Below the pieces are notes generated by a model. It made no database searches. It saw only the letters and a list, made by a program, of their open reading frames with translations, and was not told the DNA's origin. A stretch of 64,000 nt of DNA from Lama guanicoe. Lineage: Eukaryota. The number at the start of each line of letters is the position of its first letter. Position 1 is the first letter of the stretch. Location: contig MU055016.1 of NCBI GenBank assembly GCA_013239625.1, forward strand, positions 420,867 through 484,866, in the 5' to 3' direction. Below are positions 11,131 through 23,200 of this stretch, in pieces. The translations under genes and the position numbers were made by a program.

Positions 11131-14100
11131 TGTATGACCCCCATGAGATCCTGGTGGCTGTCTCAGGTCAGAATGACACGAACCCTTCTCCCCCAGTCCT
11201 CACTCCATCCCTCACTCCATCCTCCCATCATTTCCTAGCTCTCCAGATGCCTGGTTTTGAGTCCCTAAGAGCTTCATTACCCTCCCAGGCCTTTATTCTA
11301 GCACACCCCGTCCTCCGTAATTCCATGTCAGTGCCTGGAATCCTCATTCTTTGAGGACCCTATTCTAATCCACGTCCCTTTCCCTTTAAATCGTTCCTCA
11401 TCCTCCTCTGGGTTGGATAGCTGAGCATATGGCGGATACTCAAAGTACCCACAAGTTAGACGTCCAGATATACTGGAGACTTCACCGCAGAAGCAAAAAA
11501 CACCTTCAGAGCATGTTATTGGTTGGTTCCTTGTTCATAGACACGCAGCGTTTGATAAATCTGTCATCCACCAAACTTCTGGTAATGTTCCCACACTTTA
11601 TTGACATTTGGCACTTTAATCATGCTGCACATTGCTAATCAGTCACTAAGTTACTCGCTTGCTCTAAATGGCAGAGTTGTACCAGGAGGGAGTTTGGCAG
11701 CAGCCCTCCTGCAAACTGGCCGTGCTTCACAGGGGAAAGTGAATTTACTCTGCAGTGGGAGCTGGTCCCCAGCAGGAGCGAGATTTGGCAGGACTCTGGC
11801 AGGGGCTGAGCTGACCTCTAATTACATATTTCACTGGGCAGGAGAGTAACAAATTACTGGGCTCTCTTCCCACACCTCAGTTTTACATCCAACCCTGTTG
11901 TGACTTCCTCATATCTAAACAGATTGATAAAGAAACTTAAAAAAAAGTCTATATCGGTGCGTGATTGTAAATGATTATCTTTAGCTGCTTCTCATCTTTC
12001 CTCAGGGTGTTGGGGCCTCTTGATCCTGAAGGGCTTATTCTTTCGTCTTAAATTTTCTTAAGTCCCTAGTATTCGTCACTGGTCAGAACTGAAATCAGAG
12101 ATTGGAAAATGGACAGTCAACTCAGGTTTCTTTTTAAGCCTTTGCTTTGACAACAAGTACTTTAATTAAACCCAGAGGACTGTGTTATTTGGTGGCGGAA
12201 ACACAGATATATAAATTAAAGTGCAGGTAGCTCTGGCAGAACACTTGTCACCTACTTTGTGCATATTTTGGTTTTTTCCAGTGTAGTGTCTGAAAATACA
12301 GAAGTTATAAACCAGGTTTGAATATTGTAAACCATCTCGTAGTCGAACCAGCATGGAAGGAGCCTTGAGAATTGTCCCTGGAACTCGGAAGGAAAGTTAC
12401 TTTTGAAACTGAAACCAGTACAATCCATACCTGATGGTGTAATTAACTTAACTATTAACTAAATAAGATTATCTCACAAGAGTTGGATGTCCTCAAAGCA
12501 GGAAGAGCAAGTCTGAGATAGAAGGGAGATGTGGCTGAAAGTGAAAAATAGCTGTGTCCTGAAAGACAGGGGAGGCTGGAGCAGGGGTGGGGAGGAGGGG
12601 GCTGTGGGGCGCCTAGGTAGGGATCTTCAGAGCCAAACTGCATGGGGGCTCCCTGAGCGCCAGCTCTAACTAGAGGCAGAGCCCTTGGCACTGGAGAGTG
12701 TTCCACTCAGGGTGTCCAGAGAGCGTTCACCCGGGGGCTTGGTAGAAATGCACCTTGTCGGCCCAGCCCAGGCCTGCTGGATCAGAAGCTCTGGGTGTGA
12801 GGCCTCGCATCCTGTCAGCACAAGCCCCAGAGGTGGAGGATTCCTGTTCTCGGGGACACTAACCCTGCAGGACACCTGCAGTGAAGGGCCTGTGGCCAAA
12901 GGAGACAGGAAACACAGCATGTGACCTTCCCCTTGCGGTGTCTGCACTGAGAACTCAGTAAAGGAATCCATTACCCGGGCCCTTGCCTCCCATGTGACTG
13001 ACCACAGGGCCCTTCCTGGGCCTCATCTCAGTGAACTCCCTGTGGAGGGCTGAGAAGAGCTGTCCTCCGCTCACTGAGGGGGCTGGTGTAGCGCGCTCTG
13101 CTCAGTGCCTTGCTCCCCGCCCTGGGCCCCACAGGGAGAGGCTGCCCATCACCCCCACGGTCCAGTCTGGGAGCAGTCCTCACTCGCATTGTCACCACTT
13201 TGGTCCTGGTCAGTCACTTGTGAATTGGGATGTCCAGTGACACCCCCCCCCCGGGGCATGCAGACCTTGGACTGGGCCCCCTTGGGAGCCTCTCCCACCC
13301 CTTCTGAAACACAGTGTCCCTCCAGCTTGCCCCGTCTGCCCTCCCAGTCTCTATAGCAGTGCAGCTTCTCCACAGTGGGTGGTTCTGGTACAGCCTCTGC
13401 TCCCAGGCTCGACATGGCCTGGGGGAGGGACAGTGAGCTAGAGGAGCATCTGCTTCCCCTGCTGTCCCCCCACCAGTGCCTCCTGACTGGCCTCATCCAC
13501 TTGCTCAGAATGGGGTGAGAGCCCAAGGCAGCTCTGCAGAGGGTGGGGTTCCTCCCCGCTCAGCAGGGCCTCTCTGTTCACAGCCTAGAGGTACCTTCGT
13601 TTTTCTAAAAGATTTGGATTGAATTTTAGCTCTTCACTGACATTTTCAAGATTTTGAAAACGATTGCTTTTCCTTATAAGAAGGTGACTTAAACAAAAAC
13701 CCTACTGTTGGGTGTGGCCAAATGTCCTTCCAGTGTTTATGTAGCTCTGGCTTAGTCCTGTCACTTCTAAGTCCTTTGCAAAACAAAACCCTGCTGTGTT
13801 CCTGAAAATCCTTTTGCCTGGAGCTGTGACATTAGCTTGGTTTGTGACACCACCTCCTCTTGTGATGGGAGCTGAGACATCTGTGGGCAGAGCCTGTGCC
13901 CCACCACCGGGAGATCTCTGAAATACCTGGGGAGACTTTCTCAAGACAAGGAGTCTCCCTGTCAGAGTCCCCGGGCCCTTGGTATCTCCCATTCTCTCTG
14001 TCTCGAAGAAGAGAGCCCCAGGGAAGCAGGGGCAAGTGTCCTCTAATTGGCACCAGAATTTTTGGTGAGAGACTCAGAGTGAGCCGCAGACCTGGCAGGC

Positions 14101-17100
14101 AGGCAGTCGCCCGCAGTGCACCCCTTTACCTCCCTGGTATCCATGCATGGTCACACAGTTGGGCTACAGGCTGGTGGTGCCAGAGCCCAGGTGGCTCTCC
14201 CCAGCGTCTGTGGGGGATGGCGGGGTGCCCCATCCCTGCTGCCCGGCACTGTGGACTCAGTCTGGCCTCCCCTCGATCCCCTGCTGGTCTCGCTGTCAGT
14301 GTGGCCACAGGCATTGTGGACGTGAACTAGACCACCTGCCTGATGTTCCCGCCAGGTCATTACCTGTTCACTGGAAGGAGGGGACTGAGGGAGGTGGGGT
14401 GTTGATGGCAGTGGGAGCTCACCTGGACCCTGGAGAAGCAGGCAGAAGGCACGTCCCCCATTGTGGGCCAGAGAAGCCTGTGGCGGGCCTCCCCCCACAG
14501 TGATACTTGTCTGTGAGACACAGGCTTAGTTGTGACCATGTCTGGAGGGACATCACCACTGCGGGAAGCTCAGCGACACCGAGTGGAGGGACCGGGTCTT
14601 CGGTGCGCCGCCGGCCCTGCCTGGGCTGTGAAGACGAGCTGGGGGCTCAAGAGCTTTCCTGCCTCGTGCCACAGCATGGTGATGCTCATCCTCCAGCCAC
14701 AGGGGGTGGTCAGCGTCCCTGGATTTGCCATTACCACTGAGCTCGCTCCAAGCCCGTGGGACCACATGCAGCATTAGTTTAACCGCACTGGGTGAACGCA
14801 GGGGACCCCTGAGGCCAGCTGAGGTGAGGCTGGACAGCGCGCCTGACCCGACGCCAGCCCTGCGTAACTTGTGGACGACACGTGCTCTCCCTGCTTGTTA
14901 GTGTGCGGCTGGTTTCTTCCCGGGGCTGTGTGTCCTAGACTGTGACTTGAACTTGGAGCTTACCTAAAAAGACCTTGGCTCAGCCAGGAAGGGGCCTGCG
15001 CAGGGGAGAGGACGTCCTCCAGCCACTGGAAAGTGGGGTTAGAGACCCCAGCATCGCCCTGACTTCCTGAGGGTGAGGAGGCTGGAGTGGAGCTCAGCAC
15101 TCAGCTGCATTCTTTTAAACCTGGGGGGTTAATTAACCTTTACAGCAATCATTTTCCAGAACCATAAATCAGACTTTTATAGACACTTTACTGGAACTGG
15201 ACAAGTAATGGTGAAAAGTTTAATCCTGTTAGGTTAAATGATACCGTTAATTGGCCAAGAAGCTTGAAATAAATTTTGGTCCACTGTATGTAGAAACTTG
15301 ATGATTTCACAAGTTTTTTTAAGCTTGTGGTACTAGAAATAGGCTTATGAGCCGGTGTGAGGAGTGGGCACGCGACCTGACTTCTGCTCCCTGTGGGCGC
15401 CCCTGGTGGCCTCCCTGCCTCCCAGCTGGCTCTCTCTGCCCCTGTGTTCAGTTGGGGGTGGCCAATGTCCTGAAAGCGGGCGATTGGCATTTGGTTCGGA
15501 GCGGTTTTCTCCTTTGTGTGATGGGGTCCAGACAGGTGGGAGAGGCAGGAGGAGGGGAGGGGACAAGCTGAATGAGGCAGATACCCTGAAGCTAAAGCTT
15601 TGAAACGGTTTGTTTTTTAGTTGATGAAATAGACTGTCTCCCTTTTGTGCTGCACTGAATGCCGTCCATCTGCTGGGATGCTTGCAGTGACTGCTGGCGC
15701 CTGTGTAACCGAAATTCTCCCTCATCTGCCTCCTTCACCAGCCTTCCCGCCTCGCCTCGCACAGGCCGGCCATCTTACAAAGACAGACAAAGGCGGTGTG
15801 AGGCGTCCGCGTGCCCTGCACCAGGCCGCCCTGGAGTGGAGCCCTGCGGACTCAGGAATCCCTGGGGGCTGGGCGGGGGCTGGCCCTGTGCGTGCCCCAG
15901 TGCCTCTGACTTGTGCTCTGTGTTCATTCGTGTGCGTCTTGGAACATGTTCTGAGGGCTTCCCTTGCCCACAAGTCCTGGGGTAGGTGTGGAACGAGACG
16001 GGGAAGGCCCCTGTCTGCCTGGAGCCTGTACTTCGGAGGGGAGGCACAGACAACGAATGGAAAAACAAGCAACATGAGGCAGTTAACTGGCGGCGATGGG
16101 TCCTAGGAAGGCGAGCAGGACGGTTGGATCGGCACCGGGCAGTGCAGGGAGGGCTCGGGGCCGCTGAGTGCATGCTCACTGCATGGAGGGGCAGCAGGTG
16201 CGAAGGCCCAAGATAAGCAGTACTGTCCACATTGGAGGGTGGAAAGGGGCCACAGCTGCTCCAGCTCTGGCAGGGATCAGTGGCTCCAGGCTCTCTAGCC
16301 GGTAAGCCGTGCTCCGGACTCACCTCCTGGGGTGGGACAGGTCGGGATCTGTGGTGTCGCTGGCGCGTTGTTTCCAGGGCGTAGCTGCCTTCCTGTTCTG
16401 GGCCAGCCCCTGCCCGGCAGGCTGGTTCTCTTCTACACCCAGCTGTAAGAGACACTGTTTAAAACTTGGAGCGGTGGCAGAGAGGTGGCCTCTCAGTGGC
16501 ACTCTGGGCATTGTCCCACAGGCTCCCCAAGGGCTTGTTCCCCAGGGGGTGAACCTGTTCAGTCTCTGTGAATTCCAGGCTCGGGCTAGGGCTGCTTTTA
16601 ACTCACAGACCTCTTCCGCCGGGGACGCTGGGCCCGCGATCTGGTGGGAAGAAGGGATAAAATAAAAATGTCTAGAGGACAAGGATAATGTGTTTTTCAA
16701 AAAAATTGATTCTCTGTATATTTAAAAAGGCCAAATGTCATGCGGGGGCTTTTTAAGAAGTTGTCTGAGGAAACAGTGGCTTTATTCCACACGTGGCCGT
16801 CTGAGGGTCAGAGGAGCACACGTTTGGGCTGCGGCGTCGGAGGTGGACTGAGTTTGAAGAGACGAGTGTCTCGGTCCGGAGGCGGCAGGACAAGGGGAGA
16901 TGCCGTTAAGGCTCGGCCCCCGTGAACGTGCGAGCCGGACCCCCTCCTGCTGGTGTTTGCCCTGCGGGCCCGGAGCCGCTGGGCTGGCTGAACAGTGGAC
17001 GGTTCCTGAGTCTCCTCACCCGTAGCATCCTGCCCGTTTCACCAGACGGACTCCCACCGCTCGTGCCTTGGTGAGGAAGCTTCGTACACTTTGGTGTGGA

Positions 17101-20100
17101 AGCAGGCCTGAGGGGAGCTTTTATTGCTGTTGTGACTGCCTGGGCAGGGGGTCGCGGAGGGGCTCCCTAAGGAGGTGACGTTTATGTGAAATTGAAGAAT
17201 GCAGCCAAGCATGGGTCGGGGCAGTGTCCACCCAAGGGGTTTGTCCTCTGTGTGCTGGGGGCAGGGCCTGTCCAGGTGGGGATGGGGTCATCGCAGCCGG
17301 CTGGGGTGGCCAGGGTGGGGGCACGGGTGCCAGGGGCCCGTTTTGAGGCCTATCCCTGCTGAGCCTGGGGAGCCAGTGCTCTCGTGGACCGGACTGGGCT
17401 CTTCAGCACCTGTGGTTCTGTGCTCGGGGCTGCGGGGCCGCCACGGAGCCATTTCACCAGGGCTGACCGCACTCCGACCACCACATGTGAAACCAGAGTA
17501 CTCCTGCTTTGTCTAGCACTGTGCTGGTTCTAGAGGGTGTGATCCTGGCCTGGGGTCAGAGTCTGGCTTCCAGTTCCCAGCAGCTGTTCTGCTGGGTGCC
17601 GTTTGCAGCCTCCTACCTGGGAGTTCCAGGCAGGTGCAGACGGAGAAGCAGGACACGTGGCCGGCAGTGCACAGACGCGTGACACGTGGTCTCCACGAGT
17701 ACCCTCAGGTTCCAGTTTTTTTAAACGTTGATTTTTATAAGTAACACACACTAAGAAAAATCTGAAAAAATAAAAGAGTAGGACCAAGTCCCACCATGGA
17801 AACCAAATCCTAGTGGACACCTCTGAGTGCTTTCCTGGCTGGCCTCCTCGTGTGCCTCCTGTCAGCTCCTGGGTGGTCTTCCACTTTCTTACGCGCTCTC
17901 TGGGCAGTAGAGAGCTGAGAGCCTTCTTAAAGTGTGGAGTGGAAATTCCCATTAAGCCCTGAACCCCGCATTTGTGAGCAAGAGAACAGGTAGCAAAAGC
18001 GCGAGGGGCCTGAGGTGGGGGGCGCCGGCCGGAGGGGCCTGCCCGGGCCGGGAGACAGTGCCACTGCTCACGCCGCGCTCGGCTCTGCGCCTGCATCTGC
18101 TGCACCAACGGGATGAGAGTATTAACTGTTCTTCCCGAGTTCCTGGTAATCTGAGATCCAGGAAGATGAGACCTGTGATTCGGGAGGCTTCTGTGATTTT
18201 TTTTTCCATCCATTTAAAATGGCCTCGAGACAGGAGCCAGCTTCCCAGAGGCCACAGAAGTCATCAGGTGTGAGAGACGGAGCGTCATTTTTGTTCTTTT
18301 TTTACTTGATCCTTTGCATTATATTACTATTGGTAAATACTTTTTATAATTACAGAGGAAAACAGCATGTATTTTTAAGCAAAAGTGTTATATTAGGAAA
18401 AAAGCAATTCTTACATTGCTGATACATGTAAGCCTTCGTGTCTGTATAGTACTTAATGCTGGTCAGTGTTTTCTGTCTCCTGGAAATGGCTTAACTGTAA
18501 CCTCTGTAGTTCTAGGTCACAGCAGTATGCAGAGAAAACCCTTCTCTTGGGATTTATAACCAAATGACTGGCTTGGAGTGGTGGTGTCCTGTGGGAACTC
18601 CTCAGTCTCAGGGACAGACAGTTGTAGGTTCCCACTCAGGACTCACGGGGCTGCAGGGGAAGATGAGCAGGGCTCGCCAGTTCCCTGGCCCTGTTCCCTC
18701 AGGCCGGGGGGTCTCTCTGCTCCCTTGTGTGTCTGCAGAGGCCGCCAGCTTGTCCTGCTTCCCCAGCAGGCTGTCCCCTGCAGGCCCAGAGCCAGGGAAC
18801 GAGTGGGAATCTTACTACCCCAGAGAAACAGAGCAAATTTCTCAGAGGAAATGTCACCAGTTGCTTCCAGAGGCTGCTGGGGATGCTGTCCCTTTGAAGC
18901 CGATGACTGAGAGGGACAGGCCCTGACCCCTGTGTAGCACGTTTCAGGGTCTCCACCACGCAGGCTCCTCTGTACAGAGGCGCCCCCGCCCACCGTCTGG
19001 CCTGCAGCCATCGGGACTTAAAGTGCTGGGGGGAGTCATTAAGAAGGGAGGCCGCCTGAGGTCACCCACCTCCTGGTGGAAGCTCATCACACCACCTGAG
19101 AGCACATCTTCCTGAAACCTGGATCTCGGGCCACGTGTCTACAGAAAACCCGGGGCAGGGGTGCAGTTGTGAAATCCAGACAGTGGGAGACCACGGGGTG
19201 GAGGACCCACCCACGGTCCCACTAAGTCGGCCTTACTTGGACCTGATTCCAACAGAGCGAAAATGGGACAGTCCGGGAGATTTAACTCCTGACCAGGTGT
19301 CTGTTGCTGTTGCAGTGTTTGTCTGCCTTGGCGTGATCATGGCGGTGTGCTTGTGCCGGGGGGGCGGTCTCACCTGGCAGGGGCCCTGCTGCTGGGCTGT
19401 GTGGGAATGACTGGCCATCGGAGGCCGGCTGAGCACAGTTCAGAAGTGGCCGAGGATTTGAAAGAAACAAGCTTCCCTGTGAGCTGGTAAATGCTGCTAT
19501 TAAAGATGGAAAAATATACTAAAAACTGCTCTTTTCTACTCCCAGGAGTGGCAGCTGTGTTTGAGGGTGTGGGAAGGGTCTCGGAAAGTGCTAGAAACCC
19601 TTTCTCAGTGTTTTACACATCTGTGTCTTTGACTTGAAAGTCCAGTGACCAGTTACTGCCTCGCTCATTTGAGCGAATGCTGGGAGCATTCGGCTACACA
19701 GCCTGGACCACACGTGTCTAGTTGGTCTCGGACGCTGGCTTGGTGTCCCTGACGAAGGGCCAACTTGGGGCCAGTGACAGCCCAACGGCAGCTCCCGGCA
19801 CTTTCATCCATCGCGAAGTCGTTTAAAAGTTAGGAGCCCGCCGCGTGGGGCCTGCGGCATGATTTGCAGGGTCAGCAGACAAGGTGTGCTGTATCGTCGT
19901 CGAAATGGGAGATGCACCCACCCCAGCAGTGGGAGTTCTTTCTTCTTCCCTGTGCGGGGACGGGCTGGATGGATGGCTGGCTCTCGGGGTGGGGCTGGGG
20001 GACCAGGGGCCCTGACGTTCTCGCTCCTGCTTTTCAGACTGGGCCGCCGCCATCCGTGTTGCCGCCCTGGACTGTGCGGAGGAGAAGAACCACGAGGTGT

Positions 20101-20181
20101 GCCGCGCCTATGACATCCACTTCTACCCCACCTTCCGGGTGAGCACCCGCCTCTCCACACGGCTGTCTCTCTGTGGGACAC

Positions 20182-20219
<38 letters not shown>

Positions 20220-23200
20220 CTCCTGCTCACAGCAACAAGGCAGGAGGTGCGGGAACATCCGGGACCTGCCACGAGAGCCAATGTGAGGCTGTGCTCCCGG
20301 GGTCACCACAGGGTGCTGATGGGTCTGGGTCCTGGCATGTGCCTGGCATGGGCTGACGTGAGCCTGGCATGTGCCCGGTGTGAGCTGTCGTGGCTGCCCC
20401 ACAGACAGGCGTGTACCCGTCTCTTCCACTAGGGGGCAGAGGGTCAGCTGGAATCAGAGAAGCCCATCCAGGTCTGAGCGTCTACGTGTGTGCAGCCATG
20501 TGTCTGCACACAAGCGCATCACGGTGACATCACATCTCAGAAAAGAGGCAGGGCCTTTGGAAGTCACCTCTAAGGAAGCTTTGAGACCCCATTCCCTAAA
20601 ATTGTGTGCTCTGTGTGACAGCGTCAGATACTCATCCCCACGGTGTCCTAGCCGCAGCCGCGCACCTGTCGCCTGGACAGGCCCCAGCCCCACCGGGTGA
20701 CCCTCCCTCGAGTCCCTTGTCACTCTCCTCTGGCTTCCTAGTCCGAGAGCTTTATGGCGTTGAGTGTGCTCCTGTTTTGTTTTGTTTGGACGTTATGCAC
20801 GGGGTGCTGTGCTGTGTGTGCTTGGGCCACTCTTGTACTTAATAGGACGTTGCTGAGAGTCACCTGCATGTTGGGTGTTGGTTCCCAAATGGCCCCTGGG
20901 TGCTGGCTGCCCGGTCTACTGTCCCTTGCCATCGCGGTCACCGGGCTTCTGTGTCCTGTGGTGCATGGCACAGGCCTGGTGTGCAGCACTGGGCCCTCCC
21001 TGCGGACTGGGAACAGGGAGCAACCACGTCTTCCACGTGTCACCCCGTCTGGGTGAGTTGTTCGTCCTCCTTCCTTTTGGCTTGTTCGTGCTCTGCTCGC
21101 TGATGTACTGAAGTCCTGCGTCTTCTCGACACTAGCCCTCCTTCGGTTGTAAGCGTTGGGGGTCTTCACCCAGTCTGTGACTTCTTCCACTGTCTTCAGC
21201 ATGTCTTGTAATGAAGGGTTTTGACTTTCATGTAACATCCTTTCCTTCTGCTCAGAGACACCTGACCGTGTGTGTCAGCCTCCCTGTAGGTTTGTGTCAC
21301 TTGAGCTGACATACCATCAATGTGTTTAGCACTAGGAGCCATTAGGGGAAGCCCTGTGGGGTCAGAAACTGTAAATGACAGAATTCTGGTTGGTACCAGG
21401 CCCCCACTGGTGAATCCGGTGGGAACGCTAGTGTCCACAGGTGCGCAGAAGCACGGGGCTCGCCGTCGGTAGTGTAACCTTCCCGGAGGGAAGTAACTAA
21501 ACCTCTTCAAGCCTGTGGTCGTTTTGTTCCTTAAAGATTCAGCATTTACACAGACACCAGGATTGGCTGTTTCTGATTGGTTCTGTGTTTTTCTTTGTAG
21601 TATTTTAAAGCATTTACGAAGGACTTTACAACTGGAGAAAACTTTAAAGGTAAATACGTAAATGTTATATTTTACTTGTACATTGCTCCCCTCTGAGATA
21701 AATCTGTTACAGGGAGTCTAGGAAACGCTCCCGACGGGACCTGTCCCTCCGGCGTGTCCACCTCAGCACCAGCCTCCGTTCTGTCCTCTAAGGGTTCAAA
21801 CGCTCGTAGTTCCAGTGAGAAATTTTTACTTTGTGCTTTGCCTTCCTTGGCAGATACAGTGGGAAAATTTTCTTTAAGTCAACTTTCTCACTGAAAAAAA
21901 AAATGTATGGCGAAGCATACAGATCACAAGTGCCCTGGATGAATTTTTGTGAATGAGCCCCCTTCCCTCCCCCTGGGGCCCCGCAGCCCACAGGTGATGC
22001 CGTTTTACATCAGAGACCGGTCTGCCAGTCTCTGAACTTGGACTAGATGGACATGCGCATGTGGCCTCTGTCTGTGCTGTGTGTTGGGCTGGGGGCTTAT
22101 CTCAGAGACCACAGGTCCCTGTAGCTCACCCGGTCCCACGCTGGTTGCCCTGAGGTCTCCTGCCACTTGAATCCACTGCCCTGTGCCCCACTTGGGACTG
22201 ACAGGCCCCCAGGGCTCCCCGAGCAGCTCGAGTACCATGCCGGGTGGGCACAGCACACTTGGCCATGATGGTGGGTGCTCCCCACAGGGCCCGACAGAGA
22301 GCTGCAGACAGTGAGACAGACAATGATTGACTTCCTGCAGAACCACACGGATGGAAACAGGCCTCCCGCCTGCCCGTCTCTGGACCCCATTAGGTGTGTA
22401 GTTCTGTTTAAAAAAAACCTGGCATGTTAGAAGTTGAATTTAATTTTGTAAAGTGGAAACTTGCATTAAGTGACATGGGTGCTGGCATATGATGGCCTTG
22501 AAAGCACTAAAAGCCTCTTTTTCCCTTAAAAAGGCCCAGCGACATTCTCTCCCTCATTGACAACCCCGGCGGCCGTTACGTGGCGGTTCTGTTTGAAGGC
22601 AACAGCTCCTACGTCGGACGTGAGGTAGTGTGTCTGCGTCCCTTGCCGCGCTGGCTCCAGAACTGGACTGCACGTAACGATACTGACACCTTCTTCCGTC
22701 TGACTTGTGTTCACGTTTTTCGTTCTCATTAATTCTTGGAATCATGGTTTGTGCTACTCAGCGAATTCACTGGTTTGCAGAGGACACTGTTGGAAGGGGG
22801 GCTTTCCTCCGTGGGTAAAAGAGAAGCGAGTCCAAGTGTGGCCTCGTTCTGGGCGTGGGGCCGGGAGGGGCTCCCCTCAGACTCCGTCCGTTGGACAGGC
22901 CTCATCCTCCTCGTGGGCGTTTTTTATTTCTTGGGCATTATTATCAAGACTTTTTTCTTTGCTATGTTTGAACTCCCAACTCTTGCCAGATTCAAGAAGC
23001 TGTAAAACGTTGTTTCTGTCATGAAACTCCGTTCTGCTGTCCTTTCACGGGTGTGGGTCTGAAGCCTTTGCCTCTGGCAGAGTCCCGGTGAAATCCCGGC
23101 ACCAGAAGCCAGGCTGAAGGATGGTTCTTACCCACGCGCTTCTTGGGACTTGGCGCCGGGCGCCTGGTCTCTCCTTGTCTCTGCTGCTGGCCTCCCAGCC

